50,955 nucleotides of DNA from Fibrobacteria bacterium (GCA_043732185.1 JAYTHY010000128.1:1-50955), one strand, 5' to 3'; positions 19,942 through 29,249 are shown, counted from the stretch's first letter. Notes: generated by a model not told the origin, from the letters alone. Made by a program: numbers and translations.

Positions 19942-20721
19942 ATGAGAAAAGTATTGTGGCTCACGTATTCACTCCTGCTGCTGGGGAGCGTTCCGGCTTG
20001 GCCGGCGCCTCGCGACGGACTGGGCATTTTCACCGAGGCAGCTGCAAGGGATGCCGGCTATGGGGATCAAAGTGCCGACATTGTCATGACTATGAAGGAT
20101 AAATCAGGAAAAGAGGATTTCCGAGCCATGCGGCTTGCCAATCTGGAAATCGGCCCCGGTGAATATAGGAGCATGCTTGTCTTCGATAAGCCATTGGATG
20201 TCGCGGGAACTTCCCTGCTGACCTATGCCCATGCCAAAGCGGCATCGGATCAATGGATTTACCTTCCCGCCTTTAAGAGAGTGAAGAAGATTTCGGATGC
20301 GAATAAAACTGGGTCCTTCATGGGGAGCGAATTCACCTTTGAAGACATCAATTCAATGAATATCCAGATCGCTAAATTCCAGTATACACTTATTGGAACC
20401 GAGGTCCGCGAAGGTGCCATAGGCTGGACTGTGGAGCGCGATCCAATAGATGAAAACTCCGGTTACAAAAGGCAAGTGGTCTGGATAGACACGCTGAAAT
20501 TCACGGTCGGGAAAATCGAATTCTTCAATCGGGAAAACAAGCATGTAAAGACCCTGACTTTAACTGGATATGAGAAGTTTCTGGACAGGTATTGGCGGCC
20601 CAAGGAAATGAAAATGGAAAACCTGGAAAACGGCAAGGGCACACTTTTGACCTGGAACCGCTATCGATTCAAAAAAGGACTTAAAGAAAAGGACTTCGAC
20701 ATATCGATGTTGAAGCGGTAA
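19942..20721 (+). CDS. LolA-like periplasmic 'outer membrane lipoprotein-sorting' protein
   Basis: Signal peptide and DQWIYLPAFKRVKKI...GSFMGSEFTFEDI motif. An AGGAAGGG RBS precedes ATG 19942. Confidence 0.85.
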   Translation: MRKVLWLTYSLLLLGSVPAWPAPRDGLGIFTEAAARDAGYGDQSADIVMTMKDKSGKEDFRAMRLANLEIGPGEYRSMLVFDKPLDVAGTSLLTYAHAKAASDQWIYLPAFKRVKKISDANKTGSFMGSEFTFEDINSMNIQIAKFQYTLIGTEVREGAIGWTVERDPIDENSGYKRQVVWIDTLKFTVGKIEFFNRENKHVKTLTLTGYEKFLDRYWRPKEMKMENLENGKGTLLTWNRYRFKKGLKEKDFDISMLKR

Positions 20722-21992
20722 TGAAACTGTTTCTGAATTTACATTGGACGACGGTTCCCCAGTTCGTCATTCTGGTTGGGCTTTGCCTCTGGTCCGGTCG
20801 GGGAAAGGTTGTGGCCCAAGGCCTGGAACTCGCGGGAAGCGTATCGATTGAATCCAGGCTTTACCATGACAAAGCCCTATTACCCGGGCAGTCGTCGGTC
20901 AAAAACCAGCCTTCCCTTCCCGGCCGGGCCACGCATTATCCATCCGCTGCGCTCGAACCAAAATGCAGCTTCAAATGGGAATCGACGGGAGCGGACTTTG
21001 AACTGCAACCTTACCTTCGTTTTGACCGCTATGATTCAAACCGCACCATGCTGGATTTACGGTCTGCCAAGGCCGGATTGGCCATGGGGTCGTGGTATTT
21101 GAAAGCCGGCGTGGATGTGACCTTTTGGGGGGTGCTTGAATTCCAAAACCTAGTGGATATCCTGAACCAAACCGACCTGCCTTATGATTTTCTTTCCAAG
21201 CGCAAACTGGGCCAACCCATGATTAATATCAGCCTAATCACGGATTGGGGGAACCTTGATGCCTATGTCTTGGAATATTTCCGGCCGAAAACTTTTCCTG
21301 GACCTGCCGGTCGGTCCCGTCCACCTTTCCCGGTTTCCCATTCACCCGTGTACGAATCACAATTAGGCGATCGGCAGCCGGATTTTGCCTTTCGATTTTC
21401 CCGGACGCTTGGAGCGTTTGAAATTGCCGCTTCCCATTTTTTCGGAACCAGCCGGGATCCGGAAATCACCGCCGTTCCGGATCCGGCAAGTGGCGTATTG
21501 CTTTCAACTCGCTATCCTCTGCTTAACCAATCCGGACTGGAGGTTCAGTGGACCTTGGACAATCTGATTTTGAAAACCGAGGATGTCCTCCGGCTCAAAA
21601 GGGATTTCACCTGGCAATCGGCTGCCACCGGACTGGGGATGGAATACAATGTAGGAGCCCTTCTGGGCCGGACTTGGGATTTTTCCGTCTTGGGCGAATA
21701 CCTATACGACCGCAGGAATGAAATCTTGCTCACCCCTTTCACGCGGGATGTATTCGTTGGATTGCGGGTCGGCTGCAATGATTCGCGTAGCACGGAAGTT
21801 ACTCTTGGATTGGATTGGGATCACAGGCGTGGCCGCCTTGAAATCCTTATGGGGGAATTGGGCACCCGCCTGACCGATCGCCTCAAGATCTGGATTTCCG
21901 GACGTTACTTGACCAAGTTGGAAAAGGCTTCGCCCTTTTATCCTCTTCGAAATGATGGTTATACCAAATTGCAGTTCGAACTATTCCTTTGA
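20721..21992 (+). CDS. Putative outer-membrane beta-barrel protein
   Basis: Signal peptide, alternating beta-strand pattern, VTFWGVLEFQNLVDILNQ...KLGQPM motif and aromatic-rich C-terminal strand. TAATG-coupled to the upstream gene. Confidence 0.72.
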   Translation: MKLFLNLHWTTVPQFVILVGLCLWSGRGKVVAQGLELAGSVSIESRLYHDKALLPGQSSVKNQPSLPGRATHYPSAALEPKCSFKWESTGADFELQPYLRFDRYDSNRTMLDLRSAKAGLAMGSWYLKAGVDVTFWGVLEFQNLVDILNQTDLPYDFLSKRKLGQPMINISLITDWGNLDAYVLEYFRPKTFPGPAGRSRPPFPVSHSPVYESQLGDRQPDFAFRFSRTLGAFEIAASHFFGTSRDPEITAVPDPASGVLLSTRYPLLNQSGLEVQWTLDNLILKTEDVLRLKRDFTWQSAATGLGMEYNVGALLGRTWDFSVLGEYLYDRRNEILLTPFTRDVFVGLRVGCNDSRSTEVTLGLDWDHRRGRLEILMGELGTRLTDRLKIWISGRYLTKLEKASPFYPLRNDGYTKLQFELFL

Positions 21993-22066
21993 CGCAGTCC
22001 TACAATGATTCGATTAGGTCGAATCGCGGGAACCTTTGCCGACATCTACTGGAGTTCAAGGGAATC

Positions 22067-22285
22067 CTGGGCCATGCGCTGGAAGGAAAGCGCCCGGCGT
22101 TGATGGATAATTATTTTCCATCCGTTTTCACGGCGCCCTTATTTCTGGTGGCGGAAGTTTTATTTGGCCTGGGCTGGGGAAGTGATTTGCGATTGAAAAT
22201 TGCGACGATTGAAAAATCCTCGATTCAAATCAGGCGCGCTAGTACGGTTGATTTGAGAGAGCGGCAGCTCCAGAGTAAAAATTAG
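22067..22285 (+). pseudogene. Remnant 3' half of the DUF962 gene
   Basis: Reads LGHALEGKRPALMDNYFPSVFTAPLF...QSKN and lacks the first ~114 codons of the intact gene. Confidence 0.85.
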
Positions 22286-22363
22286 TCCATGAGTTCCCGC
22301 GGAAGGTTTGTTTTTGCTTTGAACGCGTATGTTACCGCCATAGCCTTCCACGATGGAGCGGAC
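22067..22363 (+). repeat. Right copy of 297-bp direct repeat
   Basis: About 96% identical to 10127-10423. Confidence 0.96.
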
Positions 22364-23284
22364 AATGAACAAGCCCAACCCGCGACGAACCTCTCCACGC
22401 TTTGTCGTAAAGAAGGGTTCAAATAACCGGTCCACATCCTGTGGGTGACACCCATTTCCATCATCCTCAATAGTTGCCAGTAGTCGGGCACCATCGGTTT
22501 TAAATCGGGTCACAATATTTCGTGCTGCAGCTTCCAATGCATTTCGATATAGATTTAAAAAAACCGGTTCCAGTCGATCCGCATCGCCCAGGCCATAATC
22601 ACTTTTCACCTGGGCATCCCAATGGAATCCGTTCAACTGTGTATGAAAATGTGTTTTTGCGCAAGCCCGGGCCATAACTACCAATTGGATCGGTCGTCGC
22701 ATTTTAGATTTGGCCGTAGACCCTAAGTCTTTTGAAAACAGTTCCAACTTTTCCACCACTCTATCAATGCGGTCAAGAATCTCTTTATTCTCCGCCGAAG
22801 CACCACGTATCCGCAGAAGTTTGGAGTTGCCCTTTAAAGTGCAGATATGATTTTTGATTTCATGGCCCAATACGGCAAAATTTCTTTCGCCATGCGTAAT
22901 GACATTTAAATTTTTAGGCAGGGGTACGCTGGGCTTTCTCTTAATACCCATACGCATACCCAAACCAAGGCTCAATTCCCGGCTCAAGTTATATCGTGAA
23001 ATCGCCCAAAAACCGATCGTAGCTACACTCAAGAAAATGACGGCAGGGATTAAAGGGCGAATCGACACCACTCCGAGTAGCGGTAGAGCTATACAGGCTG
23101 ATAACGCCCCTATTGAAGCATAAAAAAATCCTATGCGAACCTTGGACTTAGCCATCTCATTCAAGCTACCCATTTGCGCCATTGCTGAACCTGAAGGCGC
23201 AGCAATATCCGCTCTATATTTGAGAGCGCCTTGGCCTCTGCCAAGGTGATGGGGTTCATCTATATCACATGCTTCCATATCCAC
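22160..23284 (-). CDS. Membrane-anchored sensor histidine kinase (HisKA + HATPase_c)
   Basis: H-box LGHEIKN, N-box NLYRNALEA, G1 DDGNG, F-box FEPFFTTK and G2 GLGL, with two hydrophobic helices. The start is uncertain (possibly 23155). Confidence 0.85.
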   Translation of the reverse strand: MDMEACDIDEPHHLGRGQGALKYRADIAAPSGSAMAQMGSLNEMAKSKVRIGFFYASIGALSACIALPLLGVVSIRPLIPAVIFLSVATIGFWAISRYNLSRELSLGLGMRMGIKRKPSVPLPKNLNVITHGERNFAVLGHEIKNHICTLKGNSKLLRIRGASAENKEILDRIDRVVEKLELFSKDLGSTAKSKMRRPIQLVVMARACAKTHFHTQLNGFHWDAQVKSDYGLGDADRLEPVFLNLYRNALEAAARNIVTRFKTDGARLLATIEDDGNGCHPQDVDRLFEPFFTTKRGEVRRGLGLFIVRSIVEGYGGNIRVQSKNKPSAGTHGLIFTLELPLSQINRTSAPDLNRGFFNRRNFQSQITSPAQAK

Positions 23285-23362
23285 CCTTCTTCATAAGACG
23301 AATGAAGGGCGTAAAACGGGTACTTTTTTGAAAAGTATTTTTCGTTTCGAAAAGGAAAAAGT

Positions 23363-24325
23363 TTATTCCGAGAAATTAAAGGGCACGGTAACGATATCGT
23401 TGCCTGCGGCTTTGACAGATTCAAATCTCCAGGACAGCAATTTTTCCACCACAAATGAGTCGAAATCGGAAGCGTCGGTAGAACTGGAAACGATTGTAGC
23501 GTCCACGACTTGGCCACTGGGGGCAATTGCGAAGCGGAGCGTCACTTTGCCTTTCATGCCGGAATGGGTGCGCAAATAAGTGTTATACACATGTCGCAGT
23601 CCGGGTGAATGGGAGCGGATTACGGATAGGATGTCTGCAGTAGAACGCGTTGTTTCATGCATTGAAACTTCGCCCATTGGCATGGGTTTCAAAGATTCGC
23701 CGGGATGGTTTTTCGGGGATAGTCGATTTATCGTGCTATGTGGCACAGTAAATTTATCGGACTCCTTATCTCCATTTCCGTCCACGTCATAAGTGTAGTT
23801 GAACTCGAAATTCTTTTTTCCCGGCCGACCTGAAAAGCGGGTTTGGCCACTGCGCGTAAGGATGGCTACTTGCGACAGCTTATCCATATCAAGTTGTTGC
23901 AATGTTTTATCAATGAGATCATAGGCGGTTAAATTTGCTCGTGCGGACTTGGAATTGATAATCTTCACGGCGAGCGAACCCGGTACTTTAACTGGATGCG
24001 CGCTTCGCGGGGAATGGGCCGCATTCGCAGTCTTCACAGGTTGTCGTTTTATTGGGCGGGGATGAAGGTGTCGATAACCTTCCTCAGTAATGCGGCTGGT
24101 TTTTGGTGGGAGGAAACCATCGACAGGGCATACAGGCGGATAAAAATCACTATGAATAACCACATGCAAGGTCAGCACATAAGTCACAAATGCCAGGCCT
24201 AACATGGACCCTGTACTCATGCAGCCAAACAAGCGCCGATCGTTTTCCAATTCCATACTGGTTTCTACTGGCGTCAATGGAGTTTTTGGTTTGGTAAAAT
24301 AGGCCAATACGCTCACACTAGACAT
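23363..24325 (-). CDS. AgmX/PglI-type protein with C-terminal TonB-C-like domain
   Basis: Single TM helix, low-complexity linker and C-terminal GLRHVYNTYLR...GKVTLRFAIAPSGQV...WRF...VTVPFNF. An AGGAGG RBS precedes ATG 24325. Confidence 0.8.
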   Translation of the reverse strand: MSSVSVLAYFTKPKTPLTPVETSMELENDRRLFGCMSTGSMLGLAFVTYVLTLHVVIHSDFYPPVCPVDGFLPPKTSRITEEGYRHLHPRPIKRQPVKTANAAHSPRSAHPVKVPGSLAVKIINSKSARANLTAYDLIDKTLQQLDMDKLSQVAILTRSGQTRFSGRPGKKNFEFNYTYDVDGNGDKESDKFTVPHSTINRLSPKNHPGESLKPMPMGEVSMHETTRSTADILSVIRSHSPGLRHVYNTYLRTHSGMKGKVTLRFAIAPSGQVVDATIVSSSTDASDFDSFVVEKLLSWRFESVKAAGNDIVTVPFNFSE

Positions 24326-24585
24326 GCGAAGTCCTCCTGGGGGAATAGGTGTTAAAATACCCAATGGCGAATTACGGGAAACGAGAAATCAACGTTTAGT
24401 GCCAGCGGTCCAATGGGAGTTTCGCCCTTGGAAAACTGATACGATTCGTTCCGTCTTCAGCTAATATACGCGGCCTTTTTTGGCTGCGCAGCATGTTTCG
24501 GGTTTAGAAGTGGCTTTGCTAACCTTTGGAGTCCGCACTGTGTTGGATGGAAACTTTGATTCCAGTGCTCTGGTCTAACTAAAAC

Positions 24586-25290
24586 TTAATCTCCGAGGTA
24601 CGCTTCTTTAACTCTGGGATCCATTGCCAACTCGGCAGAAGGCCCTTCCATAATGATTCGCCCTGTTTCCAACACATATGCTTTCTGCGAGCGGTGCAAG
24701 GCCAGGTTGGCATTCTGCTCGACCAGCAGAATAGTGGTGCCTTCTTTATTGATCTGGGAAATGGCTTCAAAAATGGTTTGCACGACCAAAGGGGCAAGAC
24801 CCAAGGAAGGTTCATCAAGTAAAAGCAAACGCGGATGCGCCATCAAGGCTCGGCCAATGGCAAGCATTTGCTGTTCGCCGCCGCTTAACGTGCCGGACAT
24901 TTGCAGGAGTCTTTCTTTTAATCGGGGAAAGACATGAAATACATGTTCAAGATCACTTTTGATCTTGCTACGACTCTTTTCTAGGTAAGCGCCAAGTTCC
25001 AAATTTTCGACCACAGTTAGATTGGCAAATACCGCCCGGCCTTCTGGCACTAGGGCTATTCCCATTGCAGCGATGCGATGGGTGGGGATTTTATTCAGCT
25101 TTTCGCCTTCGAACAACACGTCACCGGTATGTGGTTGGGTGAGACCCATAATGCTGCGAAGCGTGGTGCTCTTGCCCGCTCCATTGGCTCCAATTAATGT
25201 GGCCACTTGGCCTTTGGCAACCGTTAAGCTGATATCGGTTAGGGCTTTGATGGCGCCGTAATTGGTGGAAATGTTTTTTAAGGTCAGCAT
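24586..25290 (-). CDS. livF: Branched-chain amino acid ABC transporter ATP-binding protein
   Basis: GANGAGKST, LSGGEQQMLAIGRALM and LDEPSLGLAP motifs. Confidence 0.93.
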   Translation of the reverse strand: MLTLKNISTNYGAIKALTDISLTVAKGQVATLIGANGAGKSTTLRSIMGLTQPHTGDVLFEGEKLNKIPTHRIAAMGIALVPEGRAVFANLTVVENLELGAYLEKSRSKIKSDLEHVFHVFPRLKERLLQMSGTLSGGEQQMLAIGRALMAHPRLLLLDEPSLGLAPLVVQTIFEAISQINKEGTTILLVEQNANLALHRSQKAYVLETGRIIMEGPSAELAMDPRVKEAYLGD

Positions 25291-25292
25291 GC

Positions 25293-26054
25293 CTAATCCT
25301 TACCCAGATAGGCTTCGATTACTTTAGGATCCCGGCGGATTTCCGTGGGTAGGCCGATGGCGATGGATTCTCCATGGTCGATTACCTGGATGCGTTCACA
25401 AACGCCCATGACAACTTTCATATTGTGCTCTACAAGCATGATGGAGATTTTGAACTCATCGCGTAAGCGGCGGATGAGATGCATCAGGTCCGAAGATTCC
25501 TGCGGATTCATGCCCGCGGCGGGTTCATCAAGTAGTAAAAGGCGTGGATGCGTTGCCAAGGCGCGGGCGATTTCCAATCGGCGCTGCGAGCCATAGGGCA
25601 GGCTGGTGGCTTGTTCATCCGCGAATTTTTCCAGCTGAAAAAGTTGAAGCAATTTATAGGCTTCGTCCCGGAATTCGGCTTCTTCTTTTTGGAAAGTGGG
25701 GCTTCGGAAAATGGATCCGAGCACGCCTTGCTTTCTGCGCATGTGACAGGAAACCTGCACATTTTCGAGGACGGTCATATCGGAAAAAAGTCGGATGTTT
25801 TGAAAAGTACGGGCAATGCCGCCCGCGGCAATGATATGTGGTTTTTTTCCTTGCAAGGGCTGGCCATCCAATAGGATATCGCCGGATGTAGGTGCGTAAA
25901 CGCCAGTGATCAGGTTGAATACCGTAGTTTTACCTGCCCCATTTGGACCGATTAGTCCAAACAGTTCTCCGAGCCGAACTTCGAGATTTAGCTCCTTAAC
26001 CGCCCATAAGCCACCGAACCGTATTGTGGCATTTTTTAATTCCAGCAAGGCCAT
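25293..26054 (-). CDS. livG: Branched-chain amino acid ABC transporter ATP-binding protein
   Basis: GPNGAGKTT, ARTFQNIRLF, LPYGSQRRLEIARAL and LDEPAAGMN motifs. Confidence 0.93.
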   Translation of the reverse strand: MALLELKNATIRFGGLWAVKELNLEVRLGELFGLIGPNGAGKTTVFNLITGVYAPTSGDILLDGQPLQGKKPHIIAAGGIARTFQNIRLFSDMTVLENVQVSCHMRRKQGVLGSIFRSPTFQKEEAEFRDEAYKLLQLFQLEKFADEQATSLPYGSQRRLEIARALATHPRLLLLDEPAAGMNPQESSDLMHLIRRLRDEFKISIMLVEHNMKVVMGVCERIQVIDHGESIAIGLPTEIRRDPKVIEAYLGKD

Positions 26055-27073
26055 TACGAATTGGCTCCCGCGGCTTTACGGGCTTCGGCGGATTTTTTGG
26101 CGGCTTTCGCTTTGTTGAAAAATCCGCCTCGGCCCAATATTCCTTGTGGTCTAAAGATCATGATAAGGATCAAGGCCATGGCGTAAATGACCATACGGTA
26201 TTCCGAAAAACTGCGGAACGCTTCCGGCAGGATGGTCAGGAATACCGCCCCCAATACCGAGCCTTCGATGCTGCCGAGGCCGCCAATGGATACCATGATA
26301 ATGATCTCGAAGGATTTTACGAAGGTGAAGGTGTTGGTATGCAGATACATGGTGTAATGCCCAAACAAACATCCGGCCATGCCAGCGAACATGGAGCTGA
26401 TTACAAAGGCCAGTACCTTGTGTCGGGTGACAGCGACACCCATTGATTGCGCAGCTATTTCATTTTCGCGGATGGCTATGAAGGCTCGTCCATAGCTGGA
26501 GCGAACCAAATTCCACACTGTTGCTACTACAGCCACTACTAATAAATAAACCCAGAAGAAATTGCTGAGTTTTGGGATACCGGTAAAGCCGCGCGCGCCG
26601 CCCACGGCATCGACATTGAGGATCAACACGCGGATGATTTCACCAAATCCCAAGGTCACGATGGCAAGATAGTCCCCGCGAAGGCGTAAGGATGGGATGC
26701 CTACGAGCAATCCGGCCAAGGCTGTAGCTAAAGCGGCTGCCAACAATGCCAATACCAACAGCACCCCGTCTTGAACGGTTACAGGAAGAAAAGGGAGAGC
26801 GGCACGAATGGCTGGCCCGGCATAATAGGTGAGCGATGCGGAAACATAGGCTCCTACTGCAAAAAAACCTGCGTGACCAATGGAGAACTGGCCCGCGATA
26901 CCGTTCGTAAGATTAAGGCTTACGGCCAGGATGATATTGATCCCAGCCAAAATAATGATTTGGTAATAGTAGGGGCCCTGACGGATCGGTCCCTCGAGCA
27001 GAAAATAATTAGCCGCCCATTGCAAGCCAGCTAAAACGGCCAAGGCGCCGAATATCCAAAGCCAGCGTTTCAA
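26054..27073 (-). CDS. livM: Branched-chain amino acid ABC transporter permease
   Basis: GQFSIGHAGF, LRLRGDYLAIVTLGFGEIIR and AIRENEIAA motifs. Confidence 0.92.
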   Translation of the reverse strand: MKRWLWIFGALAVLAGLQWAANYFLLEGPIRQGPYYYQIIILAGINIILAVSLNLTNGIAGQFSIGHAGFFAVGAYVSASLTYYAGPAIRAALPFLPVTVQDGVLLVLALLAAALATALAGLLVGIPSLRLRGDYLAIVTLGFGEIIRVLILNVDAVGGARGFTGIPKLSNFFWVYLLVVAVVATVWNLVRSSYGRAFIAIRENEIAAQSMGVAVTRHKVLAFVISSMFAGMAGCLFGHYTMYLHTNTFTFVKSFEIIIMVSIGGLGSIEGSVLGAVFLTILPEAFRSFSEYRMVIYAMALILIMIFRPQGILGRGGFFNKAKAAKKSAEARKAAGANS

Positions 27074-27969
27074 ACTTTCTCCACTTGTCCCTTGCCCAAA
27101 ATACCCGAAGGCTTGAACAGCAAGATAGCTATGAGGAGCAGAAAGGCTATGGCATCGCGATACGTAGAAGAGCCATAACCGGCTACCATTACTTCCGCCA
27201 ACCCTAAAATAAGCCCACCAAGTACAGCGCCGAAAATATTGCCGATGCCGCCAAGCACCGCCGCCACAAAGGCTTTTAAGCCTGTCATCACTCCCATCAA
27301 TGGATCGATGCCGGGGATGTTGATGGATACCAGAATGCCACCCGCCGCAGCCAAAGCGGAACCGAGGGCAAAGGTCAAGGAAATAATACGGTCGGTATTG
27401 ATGCCCATCAGTTTGGCGGCGTCCAAATTAAAGGACACGGCGCGCATCGCTTTTCCCGTGCGGGTGCGGTATACGAAATAATTAAGCAGAAGCATGAGCG
27501 CAATCGAAGTGAAAAGGACCACCAATTGTTGATTCGTCAGGCTCAATCCACCCATCGCGATATGGGTTTCGGGAATTAATTGCGGAAAAAATTTTGGGTC
27601 GGCGCCAAATAGGAGTTGACTACCGTTCTCGATGAGCAGTGATACGCCTATGGCGATAATAAGCATAGTTAGCCGAGGGGCCTTTCGGACTGGCCGGTAG
27701 GCGAAACGTTCCATGATCATTCCGATCAACGCACAGGCCAGCATAGAGAGGATCATGACTGCCGCAGCATCCAGCAACGGCCCGCCAAGTTTGCCTTGCA
27801 ACATGCGAGAGAGATAATACCCGAAATATGCACCCAGCATATAGACGTCGCCATGCGCAAAATTGATAAGGCGCATGACACCATAGACCATGGTATAGCC
27901 TAACGCCAGCAGCGCGTATATGCTGCCCAAGGAAATGCCGTTGATGAGTTGCTGAAAAAAAACCGACAT
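27070..27969 (-). CDS. livH: Branched-chain amino acid ABC transporter permease
   Basis: GSIYALLALGYTMVYG, INFAHG and KAFVAAVLGGIG motifs. Confidence 0.93.
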   Translation of the reverse strand: MSVFFQQLINGISLGSIYALLALGYTMVYGVMRLINFAHGDVYMLGAYFGYYLSRMLQGKLGGPLLDAAAVMILSMLACALIGMIMERFAYRPVRKAPRLTMLIIAIGVSLLIENGSQLLFGADPKFFPQLIPETHIAMGGLSLTNQQLVVLFTSIALMLLLNYFVYRTRTGKAMRAVSFNLDAAKLMGINTDRIISLTFALGSALAAAGGILVSINIPGIDPLMGVMTGLKAFVAAVLGGIGNIFGAVLGGLILGLAEVMVAGYGSSTYRDAIAFLLLIAILLFKPSGILGKGQVEKV

Positions 27970-27985
27970 GATTGAGTTGAGCCGG

Positions 27986-29170
27986 TTAAGGGGCTACAGT
28001 TTCCTTGAATACGTTCCGGCCATTGCCATTTGCATCCACTTGTACTTCTAGCACCACAGCGGGCTTGACGGCATTCCGGTTCTCGTCCAAAGTGGTGGTA
28101 CCCGTAACGCCAATGAAACCGCTTGTCTTAGCCAAAGCTGCGCGGACACTATCTGGTCGTGAACTGTTGGCACGCTTCATGGCATCGGCCAAAACCAGCA
28201 TGGCATCATAGCCGAGAGCAGCCATGGCATCTGGAATGCTGTCGCCAGTATGGGCATAGCGGGCTTTGTAGTCGGAAACAAATTTCTGCAAAGGGGGGCT
28301 GGGATCATCTATGGAATAGTGGTTGGAGTAATAGCAGCCGTTCAATGCGTCGCCGCCGATTTCCCAAAGCTTGGAGGAATCCCAGCCGTCGCCGCCCATT
28401 AGGGTAACGGTGATACCGAGTTTACGGGCCTGTCTGGCAATAAGACCCACTTCCGTGTAATAGCCGGGTACAAAAATGCCATCTGGATTCTTGGCTTTAA
28501 GCGAAGTCAACTGGGCCGTAAAATCCTTGTCACCCTGGCTATAGCTTTCATCGGCAGCTATGGTGCCGCCGAACGCGGTAAATCCGGTGGTGAAGAAATT
28601 GGCCAACCCCACGGAGTAATCACTTTTGATATCGCGAAGGATAGCGACATTTTTGAGCTTCAAGGTATTGGCAGCAAACTTTGCCATGACTTGGCCTTGG
28701 AAGGGATCGATATAGCAAACCCGAAATATATAGTCGCCGATGGTGGTGACTTTGGGATTGGTAGAACCAGGGGAAACCATGGGAATGCGGCTGGCTTGAC
28801 AGACGGGTCCACCTGCCAAACTATTGGAGGAAGCCACTTCGCCCAACACTGCGACGACGCGGTCTTTATTGATCAGCTTAGTTACCGCCGTTTGGGCTTC
28901 TTCCGGCTTGCCTTGATCGTCCTCGACAACTAGGCGAATCTGTTTGCCGAGTACGCCTCCGCCCTGATTCAACATGTCAACAGCCATTTGAATGCCACGG
29001 CCAGAGCTAATGCCGAAAGTGGCGGTGGCTCCGGTCATGGATCCGTACTCACCGATTACGATTTCTTGAACATCGGCTTTTTTGTTACATGCCACGAGTC
29101 CAGTGAGAAGTACGGCCGCTAACCCCAAAGATTTGGCTGCTCTGACTTTAGTTATACCCGATTTCGACAT
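27986..29170 (-). CDS. livK: Branched-chain amino acid ABC transporter substrate-binding lipoprotein (LivK/LivJ family)
   Basis: Lipobox LVAC, with GGVLGKQI, YIFRVCYIDPFQG and GGDGWD motifs. Start placed at the ATG of MSKSG (29170). Confidence 0.88.
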   Translation of the reverse strand: MSKSGITKVRAAKSLGLAAVLLTGLVACNKKADVQEIVIGEYGSMTGATATFGISSGRGIQMAVDMLNQGGGVLGKQIRLVVEDDQGKPEEAQTAVTKLINKDRVVAVLGEVASSNSLAGGPVCQASRIPMVSPGSTNPKVTTIGDYIFRVCYIDPFQGQVMAKFAANTLKLKNVAILRDIKSDYSVGLANFFTTGFTAFGGTIAADESYSQGDKDFTAQLTSLKAKNPDGIFVPGYYTEVGLIARQARKLGITVTLMGGDGWDSSKLWEIGGDALNGCYYSNHYSIDDPSPPLQKFVSDYKARYAHTGDSIPDAMAALGYDAMLVLADAMKRANSSRPDSVRAALAKTSGFIGVTGTTTLDENRNAVKPAVVLEVQVDANGNGRNVFKETVAP

Positions 29171-29249
29171 ATCGCGACCCCATTCCCGTTTTATAAGTGG
29201 TGCAAAGATAAGATTTATTACTTTAATTGCGAACAACTTGGAGCTGAAA

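Larger units (their letters stand above)
10424..22066. mobile_element. Putative genomic island (biosynthetic cargo) between long direct repeats; no integrase or transposase visible
   Basis: Removing this segment plus one repeat copy restores a simple convergent, overlapping DUF962-kinase gene pair. Confidence 0.65.

Noticed and set aside
21989..22285. 98-aa ORF as an independent gene
   Set aside because: It is the duplicated DUF962 3' fragment with an unrelated, fortuitous N-terminus and a TTG start.
24370..24470. Possible riboswitch (c-di-GMP-I-like GGGCGAAAC...CTAAAC words) upstream of the AgmX-like gene
   Set aside because: I could not build the required paired stems by eye. An Infernal/Rfam search would be needed, so it is not claimed.
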